Shown here: positions 47,308-56,898 of the stretch, in pieces
Position numbering within the stretch: position 1 is the stretch's first letter
Layout: each line of letters starts with the position of its first letter
DNA from: Candidatus Omnitrophota bacterium
GTDB lineage: Bacteria > Omnitrophota > Gorgyraeia > Zapsychrales > Fredricksoniimonadaceae
Assembly: GCA_030650275.1 (NCBI GenBank)
Contig: JAUSEK010000023.1
Location: 199,729-263,728, forward strand
Reading direction: 5' to 3'
Length of the DNA: 64,000 nt
Notes under the pieces: model-generated
Told to the model about the DNA's origin: nothing
The model's database searches: none
Seen by the model: the letters and a program-made list of their open reading frames with translations, nothing else
Position numbers and translations under genes: made by a program

Positions 47308-48345
47308 ATGAAAAAGATCGGCATATTGACAGGCGGGGCGGATTGTCCGGGGTTGAATTCGGTGATCCGCGCGGTTGTGCGCAAAGGCATGCAGGAGGGC
47401 TATGTCGTCACCGGCATCAAGAACGGGTGGCTGGGCCTTATTGAAAATGACATGCGCGTTCTGGACGTCAAGTCCACCACCGGTATTTTGGACCGCGGGG
47501 GCACCATTTTAGGCACCAGCCGTATCAATCCTTTGGCTGATGAAGAGCAGGTCAAGAAAATAAAAGAGAATTACCAGAGGAGCGGCATGGATGCGCTCAT
47601 TGCCGTCGGCGGGGAAGAGACCCTGAAAACAGCCCTGGCCTTGTATAAACGCGGCATCATCCGTGTCGTGGGGGTCCCTAAGTCCATTGACAATGCCCTT
47701 TCCGGCACTGATTACGCGTTCGGGTTTGACACGGCGGTCAATATCGCCACCCAGTGCATTGACCGCTTGCACACGACCGCGGAATCGCATCACCGCATCA
47801 TGGTCGTTGAGGTCATGGGACTTTACACCGGCTGGATCGCGGTACAAGCCGGTATTGCCGGCGGGGCGGACATTGTCCTCATCCCGGAAATACCGGTCAA
47901 GCTGGATGAGGTGTATGAGCATTTGCGCGAGCGGCACAAACGCGGCAAACCGTTTTCCATCCTCGTGATCTCCGAAGGCACGAAGATCGAAGGGTATCTC
48001 CCTCAATCCACGGACCCCAGTGTCCCGGTGGTTGAGAAACGCCGTTTCGGCAGCGTCGGGGAATATCTGGCCAAGATCATCGAGGACAATACCGGTTATG
48101 AGACCCGTGTCAGCGTTTTGGGGTATATCCAGCGCGGCGGCACGCCGACCTCGTTTGACCGTGTTTTGGGCACGCGCCTGGGGGTCAAGGCCGTTGAACT
48201 GGTCAAGGAACAGAAATTTGGGAAAATGGCCAGTTTGCGCGACAACAAGATCCGTTTCGTGGACATTGAAGAAGCCGTGCGCGAACGCAAACAGGTGAAC
48301 ATGGACCTGGTGGACATTGCTAACATTTTTTACGCGGGACCATAA
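47308..48345 (+). CDS. pfkA: ATP-dependent 6-phosphofructokinase
   Basis: 'IGILTGGADCPGLNSVIRAVV', 'VGGEETL', 'GVPKSIDNAL'. Confidence 0.85.
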   Translation: MKKIGILTGGADCPGLNSVIRAVVRKGMQEGYVVTGIKNGWLGLIENDMRVLDVKSTTGILDRGGTILGTSRINPLADEEQVKKIKENYQRSGMDALIAVGGEETLKTALALYKRGIIRVVGVPKSIDNALSGTDYAFGFDTAVNIATQCIDRLHTTAESHHRIMVVEVMGLYTGWIAVQAGIAGGADIVLIPEIPVKLDEVYEHLRERHKRGKPFSILVISEGTKIEGYLPQSTDPSVPVVEKRRFGSVGEYLAKIIEDNTGYETRVSVLGYIQRGGTPTSFDRVLGTRLGVKAVELVKEQKFGKMASLRDNKIRFVDIEEAVRERKQVNMDLVDIANIFYAGP

Positions 48346-48346
48346 T

Positions 48347-48910
48347 ATGGAAAAAACAGTCCGGGATATTTTTGCGGAATCGATCGTTGTCAAGCAGGCC
48401 ACCCTGGCGAAAAATTGTTCCCAGATCGTCCGGGCCGCCCAAAGCGTGCTGACGGCGTTCAAAGGCGGGCATAAGGTTTTCTTTTTCGGCAACGGCGGTT
48501 CCGCGGCCGACAGCCAGCACATCGCGGCGGAATTCATCGGCCGTTTCCAGAAAGAACGCAAGTCCTGGCCGGCCATCGCGCTGACCACGGACACGTCCAT
48601 TTTGACCGCTTTGGGCAATGATTACAATTTTGACATCGTTTTTGCCCGCCAACTGGAAGGGTTGGGACAAAAAGGCGACGTGGCCTTCGCCATTTCCACG
48701 AGCGGTAATTCCAAAAATGTTTTGGCCGGGGTCAAACAGGCCAGGGCCATGGGCATGACCACCATCGGCGTCACCGGCGGGACGGGCGGCGCTTTGGCGT
48801 CCGCGTGCGATATGACCATTGTCGCGGCCTCGTCTAAAACCGCGCGCATTCAGGAAACTCATCTGTGCATTTTTCACGCGATCTGCGAAATTGTTGAGAA
48901 CGCGCTATGA
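48347..48910 (+). CDS. gmhA: D-sedoheptulose-7-phosphate isomerase (SIS domain)
   Basis: 'KVFFFGNGGSAADSQHIAAEF', 'ISTSGNSKNVL'. Confidence 0.8.
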   Translation: MEKTVRDIFAESIVVKQATLAKNCSQIVRAAQSVLTAFKGGHKVFFFGNGGSAADSQHIAAEFIGRFQKERKSWPAIALTTDTSILTALGNDYNFDIVFARQLEGLGQKGDVAFAISTSGNSKNVLAGVKQARAMGMTTIGVTGGTGGALASACDMTIVAASSKTARIQETHLCIFHAICEIVENAL

Positions 48911-49365
48911 AGATCATTGGCATTGCGGCACTTAAGAAGAAATTATCCGCTTTGCGCGAAGCGGGCCGGACCATTGCTTTTACCAACGGCTGTTTTGACC
49001 TGATGCATTTGGGCCATGTGACGTATTTGCAGAAAGCCAAAAAAGGGGATCGCGTTTTGGTGGTGGGTTTAAACAGTGATCAAAGCATCCGCCGCATCAA
49101 AGGCCCGTCCCGTCCCATCATCGGAGAAAAATCCCGCGCCGCTGTTCTGGCGGCTTTGGAAAGCGTTGATTTCGTCGTGATCTTTAATGAAGATACTCCG
49201 GAAAAGATCATCAAGGCCGTTGGGCCCGACGTCCTTGTTAAAGGCGCGGACTGGAAAGGCAAAAAGGTCGTCGGCGCGGATATTGTCAGGAAGGTGGAGC
49301 TCATTGCCTATGTCAAAGGGTTTTCCACGACGCAGATCATCAAGAAGATCAAAAAGTATGGGTAA
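48907..49365 (+). CDS. rfaE: D-glycero-beta-D-manno-heptose-1-phosphate adenylyltransferase (RfaE domain II-type cytidylyltransferase)
   Basis: 'AFTNGCFDLMHLGHVTYLQKAK' nucleotidyltransferase HxGH motif. Confidence 0.8.
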   Translation: MKIIGIAALKKKLSALREAGRTIAFTNGCFDLMHLGHVTYLQKAKKGDRVLVVGLNSDQSIRRIKGPSRPIIGEKSRAAVLAALESVDFVVIFNEDTPEKIIKAVGPDVLVKGADWKGKKVVGADIVRKVELIAYVKGFSTTQIIKKIKKYG

Positions 49366-49765
49366 TGCAGGCCTGTACCGCATTCTGGATGCCAATTTCA
49401 ACCGGGCCAAAGAGGGTTTGAGGGTTTGCGAAGACATTTGCCGTTACGGATGGGATGATAAGCCCTTAACACGCGCTTATAAGGACGCGCGTCATCAATT
49501 GACCGCGGTTTTGGAGTCCCTGGTCTTGGGAAAGGCGCTCAAAGAGCGGGACATTGCCGCTGATGTGGGCCGGCCCAGCACCGTCAGCGAGGGCAGGCGC
49601 GCTGATCTGGCCGCGGTGTTCTGGGCCAATTCCCAGCGGGTCAAGGAATCCCTGCGCGTCGTCGAGGAAGTTGTCAAATTATTAGACGCGAAAGCCGCGC
49701 AAAACACTAAGCAATTGCGGTACAAAGTGTATGCCCTTGAACAAAAAGCGGTTGGCCGGCGCTAG
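49358..49765 (+). CDS. ThiE-associated small protein (hypothetical; ThiE N-terminal-partner family)
   Basis: 'LYRILDANFNRAKEGLRVCEDICRY'. Directly upstream of, and overlapping, thiE. Confidence 0.4.
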   Translation: MGNAGLYRILDANFNRAKEGLRVCEDICRYGWDDKPLTRAYKDARHQLTAVLESLVLGKALKERDIAADVGRPSTVSEGRRADLAAVFWANSQRVKESLRVVEEVVKLLDAKAAQNTKQLRYKVYALEQKAVGRR

Positions 49766-50375
49766 ATTATATTTGATCCTGGACGCGCAGGTCATCGGGC
49801 ATGACCGTCTGCTGTCTGTTTTAAAAACCGCTGTTCGTTGCGGGGCGGGTATAGTACAATTACGGGACAAAAACGGCAGCGCTAAAGATATTTTGTCCTT
49901 TTGCCGGAAGGCGTTGAAGATCACGGCCGGCCGTGTTTTGTTCATTGTTAACGATCGTGTGGACATGGCTGTTTTAAGCGGGGCAGACGGTGTTCACCTG
50001 GGGCAGGACGATATTTCCTGCCGCCAGGCCAGGCGGATGATGGGGCCGCAAGCCCTGATCGGGGTCTCGTGCCAGACCTTTGAACATGCCCGCAAAGCCC
50101 AAAACGAGGGCGCGGATTATATCGGGTTCGGTTCGGTGTTCAAGACCAAAACAAAACCGGACCGCCGGCCAATGGACCTGAAGGTTTTGCGTCGTGTTGT
50201 TGCCGAAATGCGTATCCCGGTGTTTCCCATCGGCGGCATCAGCCGAAGCAATATCAACGTCTTGACCGCGATAGGGATCAGGCGAGCAGCTGTTTGCAGA
50301 GATATTTTATTGGCCAAAGATCCAGGCCGTGCAGTCAAAGAATTAAAGCAATATTTGAGCGAACCTTGGAGATAA
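49731..50375 (+). CDS. thiE: thiamine-phosphate synthase
   Basis: 'LYLILD', 'VQLRDKN', 'VNDRVDMAVLSGADGVHLGQDD', 'IGFGSVFKTKTK', 'PVFPIGGI'. Confidence 0.8.
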   Translation: MPLNKKRLAGARLYLILDAQVIGHDRLLSVLKTAVRCGAGIVQLRDKNGSAKDILSFCRKALKITAGRVLFIVNDRVDMAVLSGADGVHLGQDDISCRQARRMMGPQALIGVSCQTFEHARKAQNEGADYIGFGSVFKTKTKPDRRPMDLKVLRRVVAEMRIPVFPIGGISRSNINVLTAIGIRRAAVCRDILLAKDPGRAVKELKQYLSEPWR

Positions 50376-50393
50376 ATTTGCTAGGTGAGCGAC

Positions 50394-50467
50394 GCGGGGG
50401 TCATACAGTGGTAGTATATCAGCTTCCCAAGCTGATTGCGAGGGTTCGATTCCCTTCCCCCGCTCCA
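50394..50467 (+). tRNA. tRNA-Gly (anticodon CCC)
   Basis: Acceptor GCGGGGG/CCCCCGC, D-arm ATAC/GTAT, anticodon stem TCAGC/GCTGA with loop TTCCCAA, T-loop TTCGATT, encoded CCA. Confidence 0.8.
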
Positions 50468-50470
50468 TTT

Positions 50471-51118
50471 TTGATCTTTCTCCTTTCAGCTTTCTTTATT
50501 TCCGGCTGCGCGACCACCGAATATCCCGGTTTTCCCGGGGCGGGCACGGCATCCGTCAAAAAACAGGGGGCCTATCACAAGGTCGTCAAAGGCCAGACGT
50601 TATGGCGCATCGCCAGGGCCTATGGCGTTACGGTGGAAGACATCATCCACGGCAACAATATCCCCAACGCGGCCGCCATCGAGGTGGACCAGTTGATCTT
50701 TATCCCGGGGGCTAAGGGGGCCAGGGACATCCCGGAGCGCACGCCGGACGAGAATAAGGAAGAATTCGCCTGGCCTTTAAAAGGCAGGATCATCCGTTAT
50801 TTTGATCGCGGCGCGCAGAGCATCAGCCGCGGACTGGACATTGAAGCCAATGAAGGCGACCCGGTCAAGGCCTCCCGCGAGGGGAGGGTCGTGATGCTAG
50901 GCCACCTGACCGGGTACGGCCAGACCATCATGGTCGACCACGGTGACGGGTTCATTTCGGTGTATGCCCGGAACCGTAAATTTTTGGTCCGGTTGGGCGA
51001 CCACGTGTACAAGGCCGAGGCCATTGCCGAAACCGGGCGGCTGGGCCGCAGGAGTTTTTGCCATTTTGAGATACGCAAAGGCGGGGACGCCGTCAATCCG
51101 CTCTATTATTTGCCATGA
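50471..51118 (+). CDS. LysM + M23 peptidase lipoprotein (NlpD-like)
   Basis: TTG start 4 nt after the tRNA. Lipobox 'FISGC', LysM 'HKVVKGQTLWRIARAYGVTVEDI', M23 'GLDIEANEGDPVKA...GQTIMVDHGDG'. The 50294-start track ORF runs through the tRNA and is an artefact. Confidence 0.65.
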   Translation: MIFLLSAFFISGCATTEYPGFPGAGTASVKKQGAYHKVVKGQTLWRIARAYGVTVEDIIHGNNIPNAAAIEVDQLIFIPGAKGARDIPERTPDENKEEFAWPLKGRIIRYFDRGAQSISRGLDIEANEGDPVKASREGRVVMLGHLTGYGQTIMVDHGDGFISVYARNRKFLVRLGDHVYKAEAIAETGRLGRRSFCHFEIRKGGDAVNPLYYLP

Positions 51119-52755
51119 ACTTTATTGATACAGACCGTCATTTTTTCGCCCGCCGTGACATCCTCGACGTTTTGCATAAACGCGTCCTGGGCCTCAAGGA
51201 GGGCTACCGCCAGAATGTCGCCCTTTTGGGCAGCCGCACCGTCGGAAAAACATCCATCCTCCAGAGGTTCATGGCCGACCATGACGATCCTTCGGTGATC
51301 GTTGTTTATCTGGACCTCGAGGGCCGCGACTTCACGTATTTCACCACCCAGTTCGTCAAAACCATTCTGTACCAATTCCTCAAGAGCCAGAACCAGCCGG
51401 CGCACGAGGACCTGAAGCTTTTGTGCGCCGCCTGCCGGGACACCCTTAAGGGGACCACGGTTTTGGTGGAAGCCATCAACGCGCTGGTCAAAGAGGGCAA
51501 ATACCCTGAAGGCTACGCGCGGCTTTTATCTTTGCCGGAGACCTTTTGCGCGGAGTCCGGCAAGTCGCTGGTCCTCATCTTTGATGAGTTCCAGGACATG
51601 GCGGATTTCCCGGTGCCCGGCGTGTTCCAGGAACTGGGCAAGCGGATCATGACGCAGAAAAATTGCCTGTACATCGTGGCCAGTTCTTACGCCGAGAAAG
51701 CGCGCACCATCCTGTCCGAAAAATTGTCCTTGCTGTTCGGCAATTTTGAGACCATCCCCGTCAGTCCCTTTGATCTCGGCTCCAGCCTGGGGCTGATCGA
51801 CCGGCATTTGTCCGGCGTGAAGATGGGACTGTATCTGAAGAATTTCCTGGCCGATTTCACCGGCGGGCGCCCGCTGTACATCAACATCCTTTGCCAGGAG
51901 CTGATCGCCTTAAGCGGCATTTACCGTCAGCAGGAGATCTACGCGCCCCTGCTGCTGCAGGCGGTGGAGAACCTGGTTTTCAATCCGTGGGGGGTCTTGA
52001 GCCGGCATTTTGAACTGCAGGTGCAGGGACTTTACCGTGGGGCCAAGAGCGGGGGAAATTTGTCGTCGGTGCTGATCGCCGTTGCCCAGGGGCATCACAA
52101 GATCAGCGACTTGAACCGGCATCTGGCCGTGAAGCCGTCCCAGCTGGCACCCCGTGTGGCCGTCTTGCTTGAAGCCGACATCGTTGAGAAAAACGGCAAT
52201 TATTACCACGTCAAAGACAAACTTTTTAAATACTGGATCAAATACGTCTACGATCGCCGCTTGAAGGCCATTGACATGGAGCCGGGCCGTGGGCGCAAGA
52301 TATTCAAGGAAGAGATCAACAGGGCGGTCAATGATTTCCAGATGACTGCGCGCAAAGATCTCTCCAGCCGGGTGGTGGACCTTTTGCACAAATTTGACGA
52401 CGAGGCCTTTGAACTCAACGGCCGGCGCTACAAACTGTCCCTGTTTCGGGACATCAAGCCCGTGAAATTGCGTTTGAGTGCGGGTAATTTTTTTGACGCG
52501 CTGGTGGCCGGCACCCATGAGGGGCAGTGGCTGGTGGTGCTCAAAAAAGACCCTTTGCATGAGAATGACGTCAACGGCATCATGGAAGAGATGAAAAAAA
52601 TGTCCCCCCGGCCCCAGCGCTGTGTGGTCGTGGCCTTGAGCGGCCTGGACGACAATGCCAAACTGCGCGCCCTGCAGGAGAAATTCTGGGTGTGGAATGA
52701 GCCGGAGGTCAATGCCCTTATGCACCTTTACGACGAGCCGTGTATCGTGCGATGA
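51115..52755 (+). CDS. AAA-family ATPase (archaeal-ATPase/PF01637-like P-loop NTPase)
   Basis: Walker A 'GSRTVGKTS', Walker B 'LVLIFDEFQ'. 546 aa. Confidence 0.55.
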   Translation: MNFIDTDRHFFARRDILDVLHKRVLGLKEGYRQNVALLGSRTVGKTSILQRFMADHDDPSVIVVYLDLEGRDFTYFTTQFVKTILYQFLKSQNQPAHEDLKLLCAACRDTLKGTTVLVEAINALVKEGKYPEGYARLLSLPETFCAESGKSLVLIFDEFQDMADFPVPGVFQELGKRIMTQKNCLYIVASSYAEKARTILSEKLSLLFGNFETIPVSPFDLGSSLGLIDRHLSGVKMGLYLKNFLADFTGGRPLYINILCQELIALSGIYRQQEIYAPLLLQAVENLVFNPWGVLSRHFELQVQGLYRGAKSGGNLSSVLIAVAQGHHKISDLNRHLAVKPSQLAPRVAVLLEADIVEKNGNYYHVKDKLFKYWIKYVYDRRLKAIDMEPGRGRKIFKEEINRAVNDFQMTARKDLSSRVVDLLHKFDDEAFELNGRRYKLSLFRDIKPVKLRLSAGNFFDALVAGTHEGQWLVVLKKDPLHENDVNGIMEEMKKMSPRPQRCVVVALSGLDDNAKLRALQEKFWVWNEPEVNALMHLYDEPCIVR

Positions 52756-53228
52756 ATATAGCCGTAGTTTCCGACACCCATTCTTTGCCTCTTCCTCAAA
52801 AATTGCTCAATGACCTTAAGGATTTTGCCCTGATCATCCATGCCGGCGACATTTGTGATGCCGGGACCCTGGATGTTTTACGGACGCTGGCCCCCGTCAA
52901 GGCCGTGCAGGGCAATATGGACGATCCGGATCTTAGAAAAAAATTGCCTTTGAGAGAGTTATTGGTCATTGATGGTGTTAAAGTGGGGGTCGCTCACGGC
53001 CATGGCCCGACCCGTGACGCTTTGAGCAATGCGCTCACACAATTCAAGGACGAGGCCTGCGATGTCATCATCTTCGGCCATTCGCATCAGCCGCTCAAAC
53101 AAATGGCCGGCAGGACATTGATGTTCAATCCGGGAAGCCCCAACGACACCGTGCGCGCCCCCTATTGTTCTTACGGGGTTTTGAAGATCAGCAGCGGCAA
53201 GGTGAAGGCGGATATCGTTAAAATATGA
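52740..53228 (+). CDS. YfcE/MJ0936-family metallophosphoesterase
   Basis: 'IAVVSDTHS', 'HAGDI', 'GNMD', 'GHSHQP'. Confidence 0.75.
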   Translation: MYRAMNIAVVSDTHSLPLPQKLLNDLKDFALIIHAGDICDAGTLDVLRTLAPVKAVQGNMDDPDLRKKLPLRELLVIDGVKVGVAHGHGPTRDALSNALTQFKDEACDVIIFGHSHQPLKQMAGRTLMFNPGSPNDTVRAPYCSYGVLKISSGKVKADIVKI

Positions 53229-53716
53229 ATAAATTGTGGGCCCCGTGGCGGGCCAAATACATCGCGCGCATCCGTAAAAAACAGAAAGGGTGCCTTTTTT
53301 GCCGCATCCTCACCGAGCGCAAAGACAAGCGCAATTGCATTTTTATCCGCCGGCCGCACGCGTTCGCGGTCCTGAACATTTATCCGTACAGCAACGGCCA
53401 TTGCCTGGTCCTGTCCAATCGCCACGTCAACGACATTGACAAATTGAAAAGGGAAGAACTGGCGGACATGATGGACCTGCTCATGGAAACCAAACGGCTT
53501 TTGACCCGCGTCCTGAAACCGGACGGGTTTAACATCGGACTTAATCTCGGCCGATCGGCCGGCGCCGGCATTCCCGGGCACGTGCACGTGCACATCGTGC
53601 CGCGCTGGAAAGGCGACCATAACTTTATGCCGGTGACAGGCGGGGCCAGGGTCCTTTCCCAATCACTGGACGTCATCTACAAGTTGTTAGCCCATGCGCA
53701 CACGAAAAGACATTGA
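53225..53716 (+). CDS. HIT-family (histidine triad) protein
   Basis: 'GHVHVHIVPRW' HIT motif. Confidence 0.8.
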   Translation: MNKLWAPWRAKYIARIRKKQKGCLFCRILTERKDKRNCIFIRRPHAFAVLNIYPYSNGHCLVLSNRHVNDIDKLKREELADMMDLLMETKRLLTRVLKPDGFNIGLNLGRSAGAGIPGHVHVHIVPRWKGDHNFMPVTGGARVLSQSLDVIYKLLAHAHTKRH

Positions 53717-54872
53717 AGAACTTGAAGCCAAGATCCTGGCCCCTTATGCGATGAAGGCCAGGGACTCTGCCGGGCGCGAGTACGACGAGCCCGCGCACGC
53801 GGGGCGCACGTGTTATCAGCGCGACCGCGACCGCATCGTGCACAGCGAGGCCTTCCGCAAACTGGAGTATAAAACGCAGGTCTTTGTCATTTTTGAGGGC
53901 GACTATTACCGCACCCGCCTGACCCACACCATTGAGGTCGCGCAATTGGCCAGGACGATCGGGCGCAATTTGCGCCTCAACGAAGACCTCATTGAAGCCA
54001 TCGCGCTGGCGCATGACCTGGGCCACCCGCCGTTCGGCCACGCCGGGGAAGAGGCCCTGGATATGATCGTGCGCCGGGCCGGCATCAAAGGGTTCAATCA
54101 CAATGTCCGTTCTTTTGAGATCGTCACCAAATGGGAGAAGAAATATCCCAAATTCGACGGCCTGAATTTGACCCGCGAGGTTTTGGTCGGCATCCTCAAG
54201 CATCAGACCTTGTATGACACGCCCGGCGGGGCGCAGTTCAAGAAATTCAAGGAAGGCCCCACGCTGGAAGCGCAGATCGTGGACATCGCCGATTCGCTGG
54301 CGTATCTCAACCACGACATTGACGACGGGCTGACGTCGGGCTGCATCAGCGAGGGGGACCTGATGGAGAGCCCCCTGTGGCAGAAAGCCGTCCGGAACAT
54401 CGGCCCCGCCGACGCCGGGGTCAACACGCGCCGGGAGATGTTCAAGTACCAGGTCGTCAAAGAACTCATCGACATGCAGGTCAAGGACCTTTTGGCGGCC
54501 ACCGACGGGCGCCTGAAAGCGCGAATGGGATTCGCCTCGTCGGCCGACGTCAAGAAAAGCAAAGAGGCCGTCGTCGGGTTCAGCGTCCCCATGCGCCGCC
54601 AGCGGGACCATTTGCAGGGACTTCTCAACGAACGGCTTTACCACCATTACCGCGTCGAGCGCATGACGGCCAAGGCCCGGCGCATCATCCACGACCTTTT
54701 TGAAGTGTACCTGAAGAACCCCAAACAATTGCCCTATACGGTCTATCTGAGGGACGTCCAATTCACCAAGGCGCAAAAATACGCGATCATCTGCAATCAC
54801 ATTGCCGCCATGACCGACCGTTTCGCGCTCGACGAACACAAACGGCTTTTTGACCCTTACCAGAAAGTATGA
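53694..54872 (+). CDS. dGTP triphosphohydrolase-like HD-domain protein
   Basis: 'YRTRLTHTIEVAQLARTIG', 'ALAHDLGHPPFGHAGE'. Confidence 0.8.
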   Translation: MRTRKDIEELEAKILAPYAMKARDSAGREYDEPAHAGRTCYQRDRDRIVHSEAFRKLEYKTQVFVIFEGDYYRTRLTHTIEVAQLARTIGRNLRLNEDLIEAIALAHDLGHPPFGHAGEEALDMIVRRAGIKGFNHNVRSFEIVTKWEKKYPKFDGLNLTREVLVGILKHQTLYDTPGGAQFKKFKEGPTLEAQIVDIADSLAYLNHDIDDGLTSGCISEGDLMESPLWQKAVRNIGPADAGVNTRREMFKYQVVKELIDMQVKDLLAATDGRLKARMGFASSADVKKSKEAVVGFSVPMRRQRDHLQGLLNERLYHHYRVERMTAKARRIIHDLFEVYLKNPKQLPYTVYLRDVQFTKAQKYAIICNHIAAMTDRFALDEHKRLFDPYQKV

Positions 54873-55966
54873 GCAAACAACAGAACATATCTTCCTCCAA
54901 ACGTTACCGGCTCATCCTGTCGGCGGTGCACATGGTGTACCGCCTGGTCAACTCCACCTATACCGTCAAGGAATTGACGCTGCGCCTGACGCGTTTGCTC
55001 TGCCAGTTCATCCGCGCCTCTTCGGCCAGCGTCTATATCCTGGACGCGAACAAGAAGAGCATCCTATGCGAGGCCAGTTACGACAATCAGATCAATATCT
55101 GGCGTGAGGGCCCCGGGGACCTTAAGGCCGTTAGCCGCGAGGTCATCGGCGTCACCCGCGGGGACACCGTGTTTGCGGCCGCGTGCATCGGTCTGCCTTT
55201 GGTCGCCGACGATTATTTAGGCGCCATTTTCGTGCGCCGTTCGGCGGGGGACAGGCCCTTTGACGCGTTCGACCGGGAAATGCTGTCGGTGTTCGCCGAG
55301 CAGGCGGTGACCGCGGTCAAGAACCTCCAGTTCAATGAAGAGTATGAGCAGGTCATTCTCGGCAGCATCAAGTCCATCGGTCATTTTCTTAAAAAGAAAG
55401 GCGGATGGGGGATGACGCACACCGCCGCGTACACGCGCATCGTCCAGATGCTCGGCCGCCAGTTGAAGGTCAGCCGGGAAGGGATGAGGTCCCTGGAATA
55501 CGCCTCGCTGCTGCACGATATCGGCGTCATTGACATCCCTTTTTCCATCCTCGCCAAACGCGGGTCGCTCACATCCCGGGAATTCAAGATCATCCGCCGC
55601 CATACGGCCCACAGCGTCGCGCTGATCAAACCCGTCGCGTTCCTGAAGCCCGTCCTTCCCGTCATCCTCTACCATCATGAGAAATACGACGGCACCGGTT
55701 ATCCGTCGGGGTTAAAGAAAGAGCAGATCCCCCTGGGGGCCCGCATCATCGCCGTGGCCGATGCTTTTGAGGCCATGGTGCAGGAAAGGCCTTACCGCGC
55801 GCCTGTCGGTGTTGATGCCGCCATCGGCGAGATCGAACGCAACAGCGGCACACAGTTCGATCCCGTGGTCGTTGAGGCGTTCCTGGCGCTTGCCCGTCAA
55901 AAAAATTTCAGAAAATTCTTGAGTTTGTTCAGGCGCCAGGCCTATAATGCGGTTCATGAATATTAA
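54869..55966 (+). CDS. GAF + HD-GYP domain protein (c-di-GMP phosphodiesterase-type)
   Basis: 'LLHDIGVIDIP', 'HHEKYDGTGYPSGL' HD-GYP motifs. N-terminal GAF-like region. Confidence 0.75.
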   Translation: MSKQQNISSSKRYRLILSAVHMVYRLVNSTYTVKELTLRLTRLLCQFIRASSASVYILDANKKSILCEASYDNQINIWREGPGDLKAVSREVIGVTRGDTVFAAACIGLPLVADDYLGAIFVRRSAGDRPFDAFDREMLSVFAEQAVTAVKNLQFNEEYEQVILGSIKSIGHFLKKKGGWGMTHTAAYTRIVQMLGRQLKVSREGMRSLEYASLLHDIGVIDIPFSILAKRGSLTSREFKIIRRHTAHSVALIKPVAFLKPVLPVILYHHEKYDGTGYPSGLKKEQIPLGARIIAVADAFEAMVQERPYRAPVGVDAAIGEIERNSGTQFDPVVVEAFLALARQKNFRKFLSLFRRQAYNAVHEY

Positions 55967-56552
55967 CTATAAGCAGCCGCAGTTCGAGCTTTTTCCGCCC
56001 AACAGTTCCACGCTCGCGGATGTAAATAAGCCCAGGTTCCTCTTGGCCAACTTGACCCTGTCGCTGGAATCGCTTGTCATTTTGTCCATTTTGGGTATAA
56101 TGGTGGCGCTTTTTTCGTTTTGCCTGGGGATCGAGCGGGGCAAGCGCCTGGTGGCCCAGGCCATGGACGAACGGGTATCTGCCGCGTGGAATATCACGGT
56201 CAAAAAACCGCTGCCCAGGACCTTTATTCCCGTAACGGCCGCGCCACCGGTCAGGCCCGCGGCCGTCAGATCGGCCCCGCTGCAGGCAGGCCTGCCCGCC
56301 GAAGCCAAAGGCGGAAGCACTTTGGCGAAGGCGGGCACACGGTTCACCGTGCAGGTGTCTTCTTATAAAAATCAAGGGTTTGCCCGGACAGAGGCCCTGG
56401 CCCTGCAGGCAAAAGGATACAAGGCGTTTTTGATCAAAACAGGCGATTTTATCCTGGTGTGCGTCGGGCAATTTTCCAGTAACGAGGCCGCCGGCGCGGC
56501 GCTTAAGAAATTACCGCCGCATTATCGTCCCGGTTTAGTGAGGAGATTTTGA
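55947..56552 (+). CDS. SPOR-domain membrane protein (FtsN/DedD-like)
   Basis: N-terminal TM, C-terminal 'FTVQVSSYKNQGFARTEALALQAKGYKAFLIKTGDFILVCVGQF'. Confidence 0.55.
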   Translation: MRFMNINYKQPQFELFPPNSSTLADVNKPRFLLANLTLSLESLVILSILGIMVALFSFCLGIERGKRLVAQAMDERVSAAWNITVKKPLPRTFIPVTAAPPVRPAAVRSAPLQAGLPAEAKGGSTLAKAGTRFTVQVSSYKNQGFARTEALALQAKGYKAFLIKTGDFILVCVGQFSSNEAAGAALKKLPPHYRPGLVRRF

Positions 56553-56553
56553 C

Positions 56554-56898
56554 ATGTCATTGCATCCGTCGTTAAAGATCGATAAGGCCGGCGTCCAGCA
56601 GCGCACGGTCCAGACCCGCATCGAGCGCATCAAAGAACTCATGAAAAAAGGTCTCTGGAAAGAAGAGACCTCGGTCACGGGTTTGCCCAAGACCAGGATC
56701 GTCCGCATCAAGGCCAAGAAGAAGGTCAAGGCCGAAGGCCCCGCCGATGGCGGGGCAACAGGTCCCGCCGCTGATGGCGGGGCAGCCCCGGCGGCAGCCG
56801 GCGCGGCCAAGCCAGCGGCCTCCGCCTCCGGCGGAAAAGCAGCCCCGGCGGCCAAGCCAGCGGCCGGTGCGGCCAAAGCGGCCAAGCCCTCAAAATGA
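56554..56898 (+). CDS. small basic Ala/Lys/Pro-rich protein (histone-H1-like tail)
   Basis: C-terminal half is AKPAA/GGAA low-complexity repeats. Conserved-looking N-terminal 40 aa. Confidence 0.4.
   Translation: MSLHPSLKIDKAGVQQRTVQTRIERIKELMKKGLWKEETSVTGLPKTRIVRIKAKKKVKAEGPADGGATGPAADGGAAPAAAGAAKPAASASGGKAAPAAKPAAGAAKAAKPSK

Noticed and set aside
50294-50470. Track ORF 50294-51118 running across tRNA-Gly
   Set aside because: Its upstream part is out-of-frame thiE 3' sequence plus the tRNA itself. The gene is re-anchored at TTG 50471.
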